Shown here: positions 29,475-40,035 of the stretch, one piece after another | Position numbering within the stretch: the stretch's first letter is position 1 | Layout: every line of letters begins with the position of its first letter | NCBI GenBank assembly: GCA_965216665.1 | Contig: OZ244194.1 | Span: 3,611,129-3,675,128 of the forward strand | DNA length: 64,000 nt | From: Arenicellales bacterium | Lineage (GTDB): Bacteria > Pseudomonadota > Gammaproteobacteria > Arenicellales > JAANXG01 | Reading direction: 5' to 3' | The notes under the pieces: model-generated | Database searches by the model: none | What the model was told of the DNA's origin: nothing | What the model saw: the letters and a program-made list of their open reading frames with translations, nothing else | Translations under genes and position numbers: made by a program

Positions 29475-30374
29475 ATGCCACAGCTCAACCCCAAACACTT
29501 GCGCTATTTTTGGATGGTCGCTTCGCACGGCACGATTGCCCAGGCGTCGGAACTGCTGCACCTCACGCCGCAGACCATCAGCGGTCAGCTGCGAGAGCTC
29601 GAGGAACAGATCGGGTCCAAGCTGTTCAGAAAAGTGGGGCGTAACTTGGTACTGACCGACACGGGGCGGTTGGTGTTCTCCTACGCCGACGAGATGTTCC
29701 GTCTCGGCAACGAGCTGCAGGACGTGCTGGCCGGGCGTGCGCCGGGCTCGGCGCTGACGTTGAATGTCGGCGTCGCCATGGTCGTGCCGAAACTCGTCGC
29801 CTATCGGGTGTTGGAGCCCGTCTTGAGCATGGAGGACCCGGTGCGCATGGTCTGCCATGAGGCGCCGCTCGTGGATCTGCTGGGGGATCTGTCTGTGCAC
29901 AAGCTGGATCTGGTACTCGCCGACAGTCCCATCAATCCGGCGCTCAACATACGGGCGTTCAACCATATACTCGGGGAATCGGGTATCAGCTTTTTCGCTG
30001 CGCCCTCCAAGGCCCGTCGCTACGCCGCCCGGTTCCCGGGCTCGCTCGACGGGGCGCCTTTCCTGATGCCGTCGGCGGGTAGCGCGCTACGCCGCGCCCT
30101 GGAGTTGTGGTTCGAGGGCAACGAGATCAGGCCCACGGTCGTCGCCGAGTTCGAAGATCGCGCGCTGATGAAAGCGTTCGGCGAGGCGGATGCCGGCGTG
30201 TTCACGTCACCGACTGCGATCGAAGACGACGTGCTGGACAAGTACGGCGTACGCGTGATCGGGCGCACGACCGACGTCACCGAGCGGTTTTACGCGATCT
30301 CCGCCGAACGGCGTATCAAGCACCCTGCGGTATCGGTAATTACCGAGTCGGCACGCAACGAGCTTTTCCAATAA
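29475..30374 (+). CDS. nhaR: LysR-family transcriptional regulator, NhaR-like
   Basis: N-terminal HTH HLRYFWMVASHGTIAQASELLHLTPQTISGQLRELEE closely resembles NhaR. Lies next to the cation/H+ antiporter operon. Confidence 0.8.
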   Translation: MPQLNPKHLRYFWMVASHGTIAQASELLHLTPQTISGQLRELEEQIGSKLFRKVGRNLVLTDTGRLVFSYADEMFRLGNELQDVLAGRAPGSALTLNVGVAMVVPKLVAYRVLEPVLSMEDPVRMVCHEAPLVDLLGDLSVHKLDLVLADSPINPALNIRAFNHILGESGISFFAAPSKARRYAARFPGSLDGAPFLMPSAGSALRRALELWFEGNEIRPTVVAEFEDRALMKAFGEADAGVFTSPTAIEDDVLDKYGVRVIGRTTDVTERFYAISAERRIKHPAVSVITESARNELFQ

Positions 30375-30479
30375 GTCCTGGCGTTCACACGCCCATCACA
30401 GGGACATGACGCCGCCTTCACGGCGCGTCCTCTAATCTGCGCGCCTCACATTTATTCGACAGCAAGGAGATTTTAGAAA

Positions 30480-30974
30480 ATGATCAAACGCAAATTGTTT
30501 ATGACGAGCGTCGTCACCATGCTTCTCGCCGGGCCGGTCGGCTATGCGGCTCACGCCGAGACGAAAACGCAGTCCGACATCGTCGATACCGCCGTCGCTG
30601 CGGGGTCCTTCAATACCCTGGTGACCGCTGTGAAGGCGGCAGGTCTGGTGGAGACCTTGAAGGGTGACGGACCATTCACGGTGTTCGCGCCCACCGATGC
30701 GGCGTTCGCCAAGATTCCCCCGGAAGACCTGGATGCACTGTTGAAAGACAAGGAGGCGTTGAACCAGGTGCTGACTTATCACGTGGTGCCTGGCAGGTTG
30801 ATGGCGTCCGACGTGGCGAAAATGACGTCTGCGACCACCGTCCAGGGGCAGCCGGTGAACTTCGATGCGCAGTCGGGGGTCATGATCGACAACGCCAAGA
30901 TCGTGAAGGCGGACATCGAAACCAGTAACGGTGTCATCCACGTCATCGACACGGTGATCATGCCGAAATCGTAG
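30480..30974 (+). CDS. fasciclin (FAS1) domain protein, secreted
   Basis: Signal peptide. FAS1 motifs ([15 protein letters not shown]…[13 protein letters not shown]…VLTYHVVPG). Confidence 0.85.
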   Translation: MIKRKLFMTSVVTMLLAGPVGYAAHAETKTQSDIVDTAVAAGSFNTLVTAVKAAGLVETLKGDGPFTVFAPTDAAFAKIPPEDLDALLKDKEALNQVLTYHVVPGRLMASDVAKMTSATTVQGQPVNFDAQSGVMIDNAKIVKADIETSNGVIHVIDTVIMPKS

Positions 30975-31005
30975 TATCCCGCCACGCGCGTTGAGTTTCG
31001 AACCA

Positions 31006-31040
31006 AGCGGTCGACCCTTCTCCGGGTCGACCGCTTATTG
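31006..31040 (+). terminator. rho-independent terminator
   Basis: agcggtcgaccc-ttctcc-gggtcgaccgct followed by tattgcgtt. 12-bp stem just after the fasciclin gene. Confidence 0.6.
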
Positions 31041-31139
31041 CGTTAATAAGGGAGGTACTGAGTGCAGAGGTCGGCCGTGTTGCACAGTGCCCCGCCACAG
31101 CGAACCCGGTTGCATCGGCAATCGCCAGCGGCGTTCGTC

Positions 31140-32891
31140 CTAAGGGGCTCGTTTGGGTCCGGTATCGGGCGCTGAAGGTTTCGTCGCGTCCAGCATTTTC
31201 ACCAAGTTCGAGGCACCGAGTACTGCGGCCGCCCCCTCCAGGCTCGACCCTTGGGTACCGACCTGCACGGTGGGGACTTTGATGATTTCCGGGTTCGTCG
31301 CGGCCACGGCCAGGACTTCCTTTAACAACTGCAACTGCATGACCCGGTCTTTACCCAGCACGCCGGCTTGTGCCTCCTGCCCCTGGGCGATCTCGATCAA
31401 CTTCAGCTTTTCGCCCTCTCCCTCGAGCTGTAGTTGCTGTTTGCGGTGCTCGGCCGCCGCTTTGGCGATTTCGGCGCGCACCAGCGTGGACTGCTGGTCC
31501 GCCGTGGCCCGCTCGCGCTCCACGGTAATGCGCTGCTGTTGTGCCTTCTGTTCCTCGGCGTAGGTGGCCTGTAACTGGGTGGCGAGCTGTTTTCTCAAGC
31601 GCGCCACCAGCATTTCCGGCGGGATCGCCGGTTCTCCCATGCGCACCTCCTGAATCGTAACGCCCGCTTTCCGTCCCTCCGAGATGATGGCCTTCTCTAC
31701 AAGCGCCGTAATCGTGTCGCGGTTTTCGATGAAGTCGAGCACCCGGCGATCGGGGTGTCCCCCGATGGTGCGCAGGATGTCGCGGATGGCGGGCGTGATG
31801 ATGTTGTCTTCGACCTTCTGCAGGTCGCCGACCGACGCCACGACCTTCGGCGCGTCGTCGGGATGTACCTGCACGACTACGCGCATGTCGACGGGAATCG
31901 TCCAGCCCTCCACGCGCACATTGATGGCGCGGTCCGCGGCGTCGTCGGGTACCAGTTCGTCGGTATGTTGGACTTCCTGCTTGATGGAGCCGTCGTCTTC
32001 GACAACCAGGTTGATCTTGCGCGTGGCGTATCCCCCCTTGTAGGTCCACGTCTGCACGCGAGTGGGGATGATGGTGGCGACATAGGCGCGCGCGTTCAGA
32101 TAGTAGCGCCCCGAGGGCAGCGGTTTCTCCCATACGCCGACGCATCCCTCAGTCACCAGCGGCATGGACAGCTCCTTGCCCCCTTCGCCCTTGAAACGCA
32201 CGATGGGATCCGGGCAGTCTGTCATGGTTTGCACATTGGAACGAATCACCGCGACGTGACCCGTCGGTACGTCCAGCGCCTTCATGCGTTTGATATTGAA
32301 CAGGTACTGGTTGAGGCGGTAGCGGCCCGGGCGGAGCACGGTCAGTTGCGGACCCTTTTGTCCGCCGCCCTGGGAGAGAAAATACGACGCGTCCAGCATC
32401 TTTGTGAACTCACTTTCCGGCCAGCGATCGGCGAGAAACTGACCATCGCGCAACGGTTTCCCGTCTTTGGCGATGAGAAGGCCGTACGCGCCCTCCGGAA
32501 TGTCGATCACCGGTTTCTCCTCGACACGATACAATACGTTGACGAGCGGAATGAAATGAAACCCCGGCGGGAGCGTCTTCGCTTGCGGGCCTTTCTGCCC
32601 GGGCATAGCGACGATTTGGCCGGGCTGCATTCCGGTGCCGGTATACACGCGGTGCATGTGACCGACGCTGTCGGCGCCGATGATGACGAAGGAACGGGAA
32701 ATGAAGCCGACGATCCCCAGCAAGATCGCGGCGAAGCCGATATAGCGGTTGAGTTTGATGTTTTTTTCCGGGTTGGCGGAGACCTTGACGAGGTAGGTGT
32801 GTTTGCGGGCCAACCAGACACCGAGCAGTAGCAGTAATACCGATGCGATAGCGACGAACATGTTGACGTTTTCCGTAAGTTCTTGGTTCAT
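31140..32891 (-). CDS. SPFH/band-7 (flotillin/YqiK-like) membrane protein
   Basis: ATG at 32891. N-terminal TM segments. C-terminal SPFH domain followed by a long coiled-coil and an Ala/Gln-rich tail. Confidence 0.75.
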   Translation of the reverse strand: MNQELTENVNMFVAIASVLLLLLGVWLARKHTYLVKVSANPEKNIKLNRYIGFAAILLGIVGFISRSFVIIGADSVGHMHRVYTGTGMQPGQIVAMPGQKGPQAKTLPPGFHFIPLVNVLYRVEEKPVIDIPEGAYGLLIAKDGKPLRDGQFLADRWPESEFTKMLDASYFLSQGGGQKGPQLTVLRPGRYRLNQYLFNIKRMKALDVPTGHVAVIRSNVQTMTDCPDPIVRFKGEGGKELSMPLVTEGCVGVWEKPLPSGRYYLNARAYVATIIPTRVQTWTYKGGYATRKINLVVEDDGSIKQEVQHTDELVPDDAADRAINVRVEGWTIPVDMRVVVQVHPDDAPKVVASVGDLQKVEDNIITPAIRDILRTIGGHPDRRVLDFIENRDTITALVEKAIISEGRKAGVTIQEVRMGEPAIPPEMLVARLRKQLATQLQATYAEEQKAQQQRITVERERATADQQSTLVRAEIAKAAAEHRKQQLQLEGEGEKLKLIEIAQGQEAQAGVLGKDRVMQLQLLKEVLAVAATNPEIIKVPTVQVGTQGSSLEGAAAVLGASNLVKMLDATKPSAPDTGPKRAP

Positions 32892-33257
32892 CAAGTATAG
32901 ATAGCCTGGCCGACATTTCCTGATGTGCCCGGGCGTCCACGATGAGGACGGCGGGCGAGACCGTCGGGTGTCTGTGGGTGCGGGCGGGATCGGCGCCAAA
33001 GCGCTGCGATGCCGGTGCGCGGCGCGAGTAGGTAAGCGCCGCCCCCCCGGACGGGGTGCGGTCTGTCGCGCCGAATCCGGGGTTCATCGGCACTGTCCGC
33101 GTCGACAGTGGTCCTAGATATAATGTCGGCACCGCCCTGCCAGTTTCGCTGTGGCGCCGAACCCACCGCACCGACGTTTGTCGACGCCGGCGCGCACGGT
33201 TTACGCGCCATTGAAGGCCGGGGTTTGTCTCAAGACTGCAATGGAGTAACCATAAAG

Positions 33258-34454
33258 ATGTCGATGACTTGTCGCCGTACTGCGGGCGTTTCGCTCGCGT
33301 TGTCGGCCGCCCTGCTGGCCGGCGCCTGCGAACTGGGGCAGCCTGGGAGGTCGGACGCCGCGGCGGAGGCCCCGCCGCCGCCCCCGGTCGATGTGGCGGC
33401 GCCGCTGGTGATGGAAGTCGTGGAGTGGGACGAATTCACCGGGCGATTCGAAGCCAGCCAATACGTCGAACTGCGCGCCCGCGTGTCTGGCTATCTGGAC
33501 GAGATCCATTTCGAAGATGGGCAGATCGTCGACCGCGGGGAGTTGTTGTTCACCATCGATCCGCGTCCCTTCGAGGCGCAGCTGTCCCGCGCTGAAGCCG
33601 AGGCGCGGCGGATCGAGACCCAGTTGGCCAACATCGTGCGGGAAGTGCGGCGCGGCGAGCGGCTGCTGAAGTCCGATGCCATCTCGCAGGAGACGGTGGA
33701 GGAACGTCGCGCCGAGATGACCGCCGCCCAAGCGCAGCTCGAGGCGGCGCGGGCCAGCATCCGCAGTGCGGAGCTCGATCTGGAATTTACGCGCATCCGC
33801 TCACCGATCGAAGGCCGGATCTCGGATCGAAAAGTGGACGTGGGCAACCTCGTCTCCGGCGGTACCTCCGATTCTACGATGCTGGCCACGATTGTGGCCA
33901 TGGACCCGATTTATTTCGTCTTCGATGCGTCGGAGGCGGATTTCCTCAAGTATGTGCGCTTGGGCCGCGAGGGTAAGCGACCGTCGTCGCGCAGCGTCGC
34001 CAACCCGGTGGAAGTTCGGCTCATGGACGAAAGCGGATGGCCGCACAAGGGAAGTATGGACTTCGTCGACAACGCACTCGACCCGAATACCGGCACCATG
34101 CGCGCGCGCGCGGCGTTGGAGAATCCGGATGGTTTTCTGACCCCCGGCGTATTCGGCCGTGTGCGGCTACCGGGCTCCGGTCGTTACGAGGCGGTATTGA
34201 TTCCCGATTCGGCGATTCTCTACGACCAGTCCGATACCATCGTGTACAAGGTCGACGAAGCAGGAACGGTGTCCGTCCAGCGCGTCCAGTTAGGGCCGAT
34301 GTCACACGGCCTGCGTATCGTGCGTGAGGGACTGGGCGCGGAAGATCGCGTCATCGTCAACGGCGTGCAACGTGCACGGCCGGGCGGCAAGGTGGCGCCG
34401 AATGCCGTGACCATCGAAGCGCACACCGCTGACGTCGCCGCCGGCGAGTCGTAA
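33258..34454 (+). CDS. RND efflux periplasmic adaptor (membrane fusion protein), lipoprotein
   Basis: Lipobox LLAGAC. HlyD/MFP motifs (IDPRPFEAQL…, IRSPIEGRISDRKVDVGNLV). Confidence 0.85.
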   Translation: MSMTCRRTAGVSLALSAALLAGACELGQPGRSDAAAEAPPPPPVDVAAPLVMEVVEWDEFTGRFEASQYVELRARVSGYLDEIHFEDGQIVDRGELLFTIDPRPFEAQLSRAEAEARRIETQLANIVREVRRGERLLKSDAISQETVEERRAEMTAAQAQLEAARASIRSAELDLEFTRIRSPIEGRISDRKVDVGNLVSGGTSDSTMLATIVAMDPIYFVFDASEADFLKYVRLGREGKRPSSRSVANPVEVRLMDESGWPHKGSMDFVDNALDPNTGTMRARAALENPDGFLTPGVFGRVRLPGSGRYEAVLIPDSAILYDQSDTIVYKVDEAGTVSVQRVQLGPMSHGLRIVREGLGAEDRVIVNGVQRARPGGKVAPNAVTIEAHTADVAAGES

Positions 34455-34467
34455 CGGCGCGTCGTTC

Positions 34468-37400
34468 ATGCGTCTCACTCACTTTTTCATCGAGCGACCG
34501 ATTTTCGCGAGCGTCGTTTCGATACTCATCACCCTGGTCGGCGTCGTCAGCTATCTCGACCTGCCGGTGTCCCAATACCCGCAGGTCGCGCCGCCGACCA
34601 TCCAAGTCAGCGCCAGTTATCCGGGCGCCTCGGCGGAAGTGGTGGCGGATACCGTGGCCACGCCGCTCGAACAGGAAATCAACGGTGTAGAGGGCATGCT
34701 ATACATGCTCTCGCAAGCCACCAGCGACGGGCGCCTGGTACTGACCATTACTTTCAACCTGGGTACCGACCTGGACAAGGCGCAAGTACTGGTGCAGAAC
34801 CGGGTCGCCATCGCCGAGCCGCGCCTGCCCGAGACGGTGCGGCGTCTCGGCGTGTCGACACGGAAAAACTCACCGGATCTGATGATGGTGATCCACATCA
34901 GCTCACCGGACGGCTCACGCGACAATCTGTATCTGTCCAACTACGCCAAGACCCAGATGATCGATCAACTGGCGCGCGTTCCGGGGGTGGGGGAGGCACG
35001 CATTTTCGCCGAGCGCGAGTTCTCGATGCGGGTGTGGCTGGACCCGGAACGGGCGGCGGCCCGGGGCCTGACCGCGGGCGAGGTAGTGACGGCGTTGCGC
35101 CAGAACAATCTGCAGGTGGCCTCGGGCGTGCTCAACCAGCCGCCGGTCCCGGACCCGGGGGCCTTCGAGCTCAACGTGCAGACCCTGGGGCGATTGGTGC
35201 ATCCGGAGCAGTTTGAAAATATCGTGGTCAAGACAGGCGAGGACGGGCGCCTCACCCGGGTGCGGGACATCGCACGCGTCGAGCTGGGCGCGCAAAGCTA
35301 CACGACCAACGGTTATCTGGACACGAACACGGCGCTGCCCATCCTGATCTTCCAGCGTCCCGGCTCCAATGCGCTGGAAACCGCCGATCAGGTGATCGGC
35401 ACGGTCGAGCAGATGGCGGCGGCGTTTCCGCGCGGCGTCGCGTACAGCATTATCTACAATCCCACCGAATACATTGCCGAGTCCATCGACGAGGTCTACG
35501 TCACGATCTTCGAGGCGGTGTTTTTGGTGATCGTGGTGATCGTCGTGTTCCTGCAGACCTGGCGTGCCGCCCTCATTCCGATCATCGCCATTCCCATTTC
35601 GCTGGTCGGCACCTTCGCCGTCATGGCCGCGTTCGGGTTCTCGCTCAACAACCTGTCCCTGTTCGGTCTAGTATTGGCGATCGGCATTGTCGTAGACGAC
35701 GCGATCGTCGTGGTCGAGAACGTGGAGCGCCACATACGCCAGGGTGCGACGCCGCGGGAGGCGGCGCACCGCACCATGGACGAAGTGGGCGGCGCGCTGA
35801 TCGCCATCTCTCTGGTGCTGGTCGCGGTATTCATTCCCACCGCCTTCATCACTGGCATTTCCGGTCAGTTCTACCGCCAGTTCGCGATCACCATTGCCGC
35901 CGCAACCCTGATCTCGGCGGTGGTGTCTCTGACCCTGTCGCCGGCCATGGCGGCGCTCATTCTCCGCGGGCACGACGCCGAAGGCGCGGGTCAGCGGGGG
36001 CCGATGGCGGTCCTCGCCTGGCCGTTTCGCAAGTTCGCCAACGGTTTCAACCGGGCGTTTGACGCTTTGTCCAGCGGTTACGGTCGCCTCACCGGACGCC
36101 TGTTGCGCATTTCCGCCGTGGTCCTGCTCGTCTATGCGGGACTACTGTTTTTGACTTGGAACCAGTTCGCCCGCGTGCCCACCGGATTCATCCCCGACCA
36201 GGACCAGGGTTACCTCATTACCGTCGTGCAACTGCCGCCCGGTTCGTCGCTGGCGCGTACCGACGCTGTCGTGAGACGGGCCACGGAAATCATCCTCAGT
36301 CATCCGGCCACACTGCATACCGCCGGGTTCGCGGGATTCGACGGCGCAACGTTTACCAACGCGCCCAATGCGGGGGCGATTTTCTTCACCCTTAAACCGT
36401 TCGCGGAACGCGCGGACGACGGCTACGACTATCAACGCGTACTGAACGAGGTGCAGGCCAGCCTGTTCCAGATCAAAGAGGCAGTGGTGTTCATCGTCGC
36501 ACCCCCGCCGGTGCGTGGTATCGGCACTGGCGGCGGTTTCAAGCTCTATGTGGAGGACCGCCGCAACCGCGGGCTCGGCGCCCTGGAGGCGGCTACCGGA
36601 GAAATGGTGGCCAGCGCGAACGCAACTCCCGGGTTGACGCGCGTTTTCACACTGTTCAATACCGGGACGCCGCAGATCTATGCCGAGATTGATCGCGTGA
36701 AAGCGGAACAACTGGGCGTGCGGCCGGAGCGGTTGTTCGAAGCGCTGGAAGTGTACCTGGGTTCGTCGTTCGTCAACGATTTCAATTTTCTCGGCCGCAG
36801 TTTCCGCGTCACCGCGCAAGCCGACGGTCAATACCGGGAGGATTTGTCCGACGTCGCCGACCTGCGCGCGCGTTCGGATTCGGGCGACATGGTGCCGCTG
36901 GGGTCGGTGGCCACGTTTCGTTACATCACCGGTCCACAGCGCGTGTCGCGCTACAACTTGTACCCGGCAGCGGAGGTACAGGGAGCGACGGCGCCCGGTT
37001 TCTCCACCGGGGAAGCCATCGCGGCGATCGAGAGTCTGGCTGCTAAACGCCTGCCCCAGGGGTTCTCGTTCGAGTGGACCGAACTCGCGCTACAGGAAAA
37101 ACTTGCCGGCGACACGGCCATGTTCGCGTTCGCGTTAGCGGTGGTGTTCGTATTCCTGCTATTGGCCGCGCTGTATGAGAGCGTGGTGTTACCGCTTGCG
37201 GTGATACTCATTGTTCCCATGTGTCTTCTGGCGGCGATTACCGGGGTTTGGCTCCGGGGCATGGACAACAACATCCTGACCCAGATCGGGCTGATCGTAC
37301 TGGTCGGGCTGGCGGCGAAGAACGCCATCCTGATTGTCGAATTCGCAAAACAGGGCGAAGATGAAGGTCTGGAGCGCCTGCAGGCGACCGCTGCCGCTGC

Positions 37401-37644
37401 CCGCACCCGGCTGCGACCCATCCTGATGACTTCCTTCGCGTTTATTCTCGGCGTCGTGCCGCTCGTCATCGCCGAAGGCGCTGGTGCCGAGATGCGCCAA
37501 GCGCTCGGTACAGCGGTGTTTTTCGGGATGCTTGGGGTGACCTTCTTTGGACTGGTGTTCACGCCCGTGTTTTACGTCGTCTGCCGTTGGCTGGGAGATC
37601 TGTTCAAGCGGAAATCCGCGCCGGCGCGCGCCGAACACCAGTAG
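34468..37644 (+). CDS. RND efflux transporter permease (AcrB/MexB family)
   Basis: 1058 aa, 12-TM AcrB architecture, conserved motifs throughout. No outer-membrane factor gene follows. Confidence 0.9.
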   Translation: MRLTHFFIERPIFASVVSILITLVGVVSYLDLPVSQYPQVAPPTIQVSASYPGASAEVVADTVATPLEQEINGVEGMLYMLSQATSDGRLVLTITFNLGTDLDKAQVLVQNRVAIAEPRLPETVRRLGVSTRKNSPDLMMVIHISSPDGSRDNLYLSNYAKTQMIDQLARVPGVGEARIFAEREFSMRVWLDPERAAARGLTAGEVVTALRQNNLQVASGVLNQPPVPDPGAFELNVQTLGRLVHPEQFENIVVKTGEDGRLTRVRDIARVELGAQSYTTNGYLDTNTALPILIFQRPGSNALETADQVIGTVEQMAAAFPRGVAYSIIYNPTEYIAESIDEVYVTIFEAVFLVIVVIVVFLQTWRAALIPIIAIPISLVGTFAVMAAFGFSLNNLSLFGLVLAIGIVVDDAIVVVENVERHIRQGATPREAAHRTMDEVGGALIAISLVLVAVFIPTAFITGISGQFYRQFAITIAAATLISAVVSLTLSPAMAALILRGHDAEGAGQRGPMAVLAWPFRKFANGFNRAFDALSSGYGRLTGRLLRISAVVLLVYAGLLFLTWNQFARVPTGFIPDQDQGYLITVVQLPPGSSLARTDAVVRRATEIILSHPATLHTAGFAGFDGATFTNAPNAGAIFFTLKPFAERADDGYDYQRVLNEVQASLFQIKEAVVFIVAPPPVRGIGTGGGFKLYVEDRRNRGLGALEAATGEMVASANATPGLTRVFTLFNTGTPQIYAEIDRVKAEQLGVRPERLFEALEVYLGSSFVNDFNFLGRSFRVTAQADGQYREDLSDVADLRARSDSGDMVPLGSVATFRYITGPQRVSRYNLYPAAEVQGATAPGFSTGEAIAAIESLAAKRLPQGFSFEWTELALQEKLAGDTAMFAFALAVVFVFLLLAALYESVVLPLAVILIVPMCLLAAITGVWLRGMDNNILTQIGLIVLVGLAAKNAILIVEFAKQGEDEGLERLQATAAAARTRLRPILMTSFAFILGVVPLVIAEGAGAEMRQALGTAVFFGMLGVTFFGLVFTPVFYVVCRWLGDLFKRKSAPARAEHQ

Positions 37645-37692
37645 CTTTTTGCCGTCCCCGGCGCAGCACGGCGTGCAGCCGGGCAGTAGATC

Positions 37693-38730
37693 TCACATGA
37701 ACAGTTCCGTGAGGTCGATTGATGAACGCTTTCCAAGGTGGCGAGCATTGGCGTCCAGCCACCGTTCGGCGCGCTGCCGGCCCTGATCGCGCAGCATCTC
37801 GAGAAACGTACGGTGAATATTCATTCTGCTTTCATGGGGTAGCTGTACCATCAAGTCGTCTCCTTCGATCATGTGAAAACGCAGCCTGCGCAAGCGGCGC
37901 TCAAGGCGCCCGATCAACACACGCGCGCCGGCGAGATGCTGCTTGACATAGGCCACCGCCCGCATTTCACGCAGGAATGCGGAGTTGAAGCTCAATTCGG
38001 CAACACGGTGCGCAATCTCCTCCTGAGTGTTGGGCAGCTCGGGCCGCTGTAGCGGGTTCAACAAGACGATGATGATGTCGGCGGAGCGACATTTATAGAA
38101 CAATGGAGAAATCGCTGGATTGGCGACGAAGCCGCCGTCCCAGTAAGCGCGATCATCGATGATGATCGCTTGGTTTACCGACGGCAAACACGCCGAGGCA
38201 AGCAAGGCGTCCGTCGTTATCTCGCGATTGGAGAACAAGCGCAACTTGCCGGTGCGGACTTCGGTGGCAGCGATGAACAGTTTGACCTGGTCGCACTGTT
38301 GGATGCGCGCGAAGTCGAAACTCTCTTCGACGATATCGCGAAGCGGGTTGATGTCGAACGGGTTCCACTGGTACGGTGACAACGCGCGGGTGAGTCTCAG
38401 AAACGCTTTCCAGGTGGGAGAGAGCTCACCGCCCTCAATACTGTCCCCATCCGTGCCGAGCAGATTGACCGCCGCCCCTTCCAGCGGCATCTGGTCGGCC
38501 ACCCGATGCCAAAAGGTGTCCAGAGTTTCCCTCGCTGCCTCCGGTCCGCCGGATGCCAGACCGTGAGCGACGCAGACAGCATTCATTGCACCGGCGCTGG
38601 CGGCGCTGATGCCCTCGAGTTCGATGCCCCGCTCTTCCAACAGCCGCTCCAAGACACCCCAACAGAAGGCGCCGTGGGAGCCGCCACCCTGGAGGGCTAA
38701 GTTGACTTTCTTTCGCGGCCACCGGCGCAT
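37693..38730 (-). CDS. patatin-like phospholipase
   Basis: Gly-rich oxyanion loop LALQGGGSHGAF. Nucleophile elbow around GISAASAGA. DGG catalytic Asp motif (YWDGGFVANP). Confidence 0.7.
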   Translation of the reverse strand: MRRWPRKKVNLALQGGGSHGAFCWGVLERLLEERGIELEGISAASAGAMNAVCVAHGLASGGPEAARETLDTFWHRVADQMPLEGAAVNLLGTDGDSIEGGELSPTWKAFLRLTRALSPYQWNPFDINPLRDIVEESFDFARIQQCDQVKLFIAATEVRTGKLRLFSNREITTDALLASACLPSVNQAIIIDDRAYWDGGFVANPAISPLFYKCRSADIIIVLLNPLQRPELPNTQEEIAHRVAELSFNSAFLREMRAVAYVKQHLAGARVLIGRLERRLRRLRFHMIEGDDLMVQLPHESRMNIHRTFLEMLRDQGRQRAERWLDANARHLGKRSSIDLTELFM

Positions 38731-38758
38731 ACTGGATCCGCAATGGTCGACGCCGAGC

Positions 38759-39106
38759 TCAAGCGGGTCTCCGTGTCGCTGCGGCGAGACTGTGTGTTAC
38801 GACCTTGCCCATTTCGTGGACATAAAACTGACCCAGTTCGCGTATCAGTTGGGCCCCGCTCATCAATTTCCAAGCCAGCTCCTGGGCCGTCTCGCTTTGT
38901 TGCTCGACGTACTGCTTGACGCTGGCGAGGTCCGTCAACGCCAGCGCATCCCGCCACGATCTCAATACGGCAAGAGCGTACTCGCGCGCGCCGTCTACCT
39001 GCACGTTGCGCAGGTGTTCGGTGAGGGCCAGCGCCAGGCCGCTGATCGCGCGCGCCGAAGCCAGCAACTCGTCGGTGCGTTTCGCACGGTGGGTTTGATC
39101 GTTCAT
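38759..39106 (-). CDS. phasin-like small helical protein (tentative)
   Basis: 115-aa all-helical protein. Weak resemblance to the phasin_2 family. A CTGC-N3-GCAG palindrome lies just upstream. Confidence 0.35.
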   Translation of the reverse strand: MNDQTHRAKRTDELLASARAISGLALALTEHLRNVQVDGAREYALAVLRSWRDALALTDLASVKQYVEQQSETAQELAWKLMSGAQLIRELGQFYVHEMGKVVTHSLAAATRRPA

Positions 39107-39124
39107 GACGTCTATCCTATAAAT

Positions 39125-39139
39125 TGCTGCAATGCAGCA
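39125..39139. promoter_or_regulatory. perfect palindrome TGCTGCA-A-TGCAGCA (CTGC-N3-GCAG, PhaR-type operator-like)
   Basis: Seen directly ~20 bp upstream of the start of the phasin-like gene, in a low-GC intergenic region. Confidence 0.35.
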
Positions 39140-39592
39140 TACCTAAATTCAGCGCCACAGTACAATAGCCTACGTTTATCAAGGCATTTCAACAAGTTGC
39201 GGGCATCACCAAGGGGCTCGCGGGCTCCCCGGCCACGAGCGTCTGGGCTCGATTTACCAACCCAGGTGTATAGCTTTCTGCGACGACATCGTTGTCGGCG
39301 CCGCTACCCGGCGTCGCGGTGCGTTATGTCGTTTTCAGCACGGCCGGCGCGTTGTCTGGTGGACACCGTTAACGGTGAACACCGCATTCGCCCGTGGTCG
39401 CATTCCGGCGGAGATGGATGAGCCTCGCTCCGCGATCCGGGTGTAGGGGACCATGCGGTACGGCCACAGGTCATGTAAGCGTGTCGAATCGACGGGTTTT
39501 ACTGGACTTTCGGTTGACCGAACATCCAAATAGACATTGCTACCTAGAGAGGAGGCGTGCGCACGCCTTAAGACCACAAAGGAGATCGTGTT

Positions 39593-39970
39593 ATGGCTGC
39601 GAAGAAAACCTCGAGGAAGAAAACGGCGCGCAAGAAACGAACCGCAAAAGCCACACGAAGCACGAAGAAAAGCGCGCCCGGGAAGAAAACTCGATCCGTC
39701 AGGAAACGAGCCACAACGAAGCAAAGCGGTGCGAAGAAAACCTCGCGGGCACGAAAGAGTGCCTCGGTAATTTCAGCCCTGAAATACAAAGGTCGAACCG
39801 TCGAGGTCGTTAAGGGGCGGGTCACTCCGGCGCTGGAGGTCGACGGTCGCGCAGTGCCGGTGAAGCGCGATGCCGACACCGGATTTTACTCGACTCCCGG
39901 CGCGCCGTATTTGCGATTCGCCACGCTCGAGGAGGCCGGTAAGGGGGTCGTCGACAGCGAATCAGACTAA
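39593..39970 (+). CDS. histone H1-like basic protein (KKT/AKK-repeat N-terminus + small C-terminal domain)
   Basis: ATG after AAGGAGA. N-terminal 75 aa are >40% K/R/T/A with repeated KKTxRKK motifs (AlgP/BpH1-like). Confidence 0.6.
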   Translation: MAAKKTSRKKTARKKRTAKATRSTKKSAPGKKTRSVRKRATTKQSGAKKTSRARKSASVISALKYKGRTVEVVKGRVTPALEVDGRAVPVKRDADTGFYSTPGAPYLRFATLEEAGKGVVDSESD

Positions 39971-40035
39971 AGGTCCGACCGGTCTGTGACGGGAGGAGCT
40001 ACCACCAAACGTTCACTATTTAGGGAGATCTCAAC

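Noticed and set aside
37658-37684. Possible hairpin after the RND permease stop
   Set aside because: The stem is imperfect (mismatched centre) and there is no U-tract. Not convincing as a terminator.
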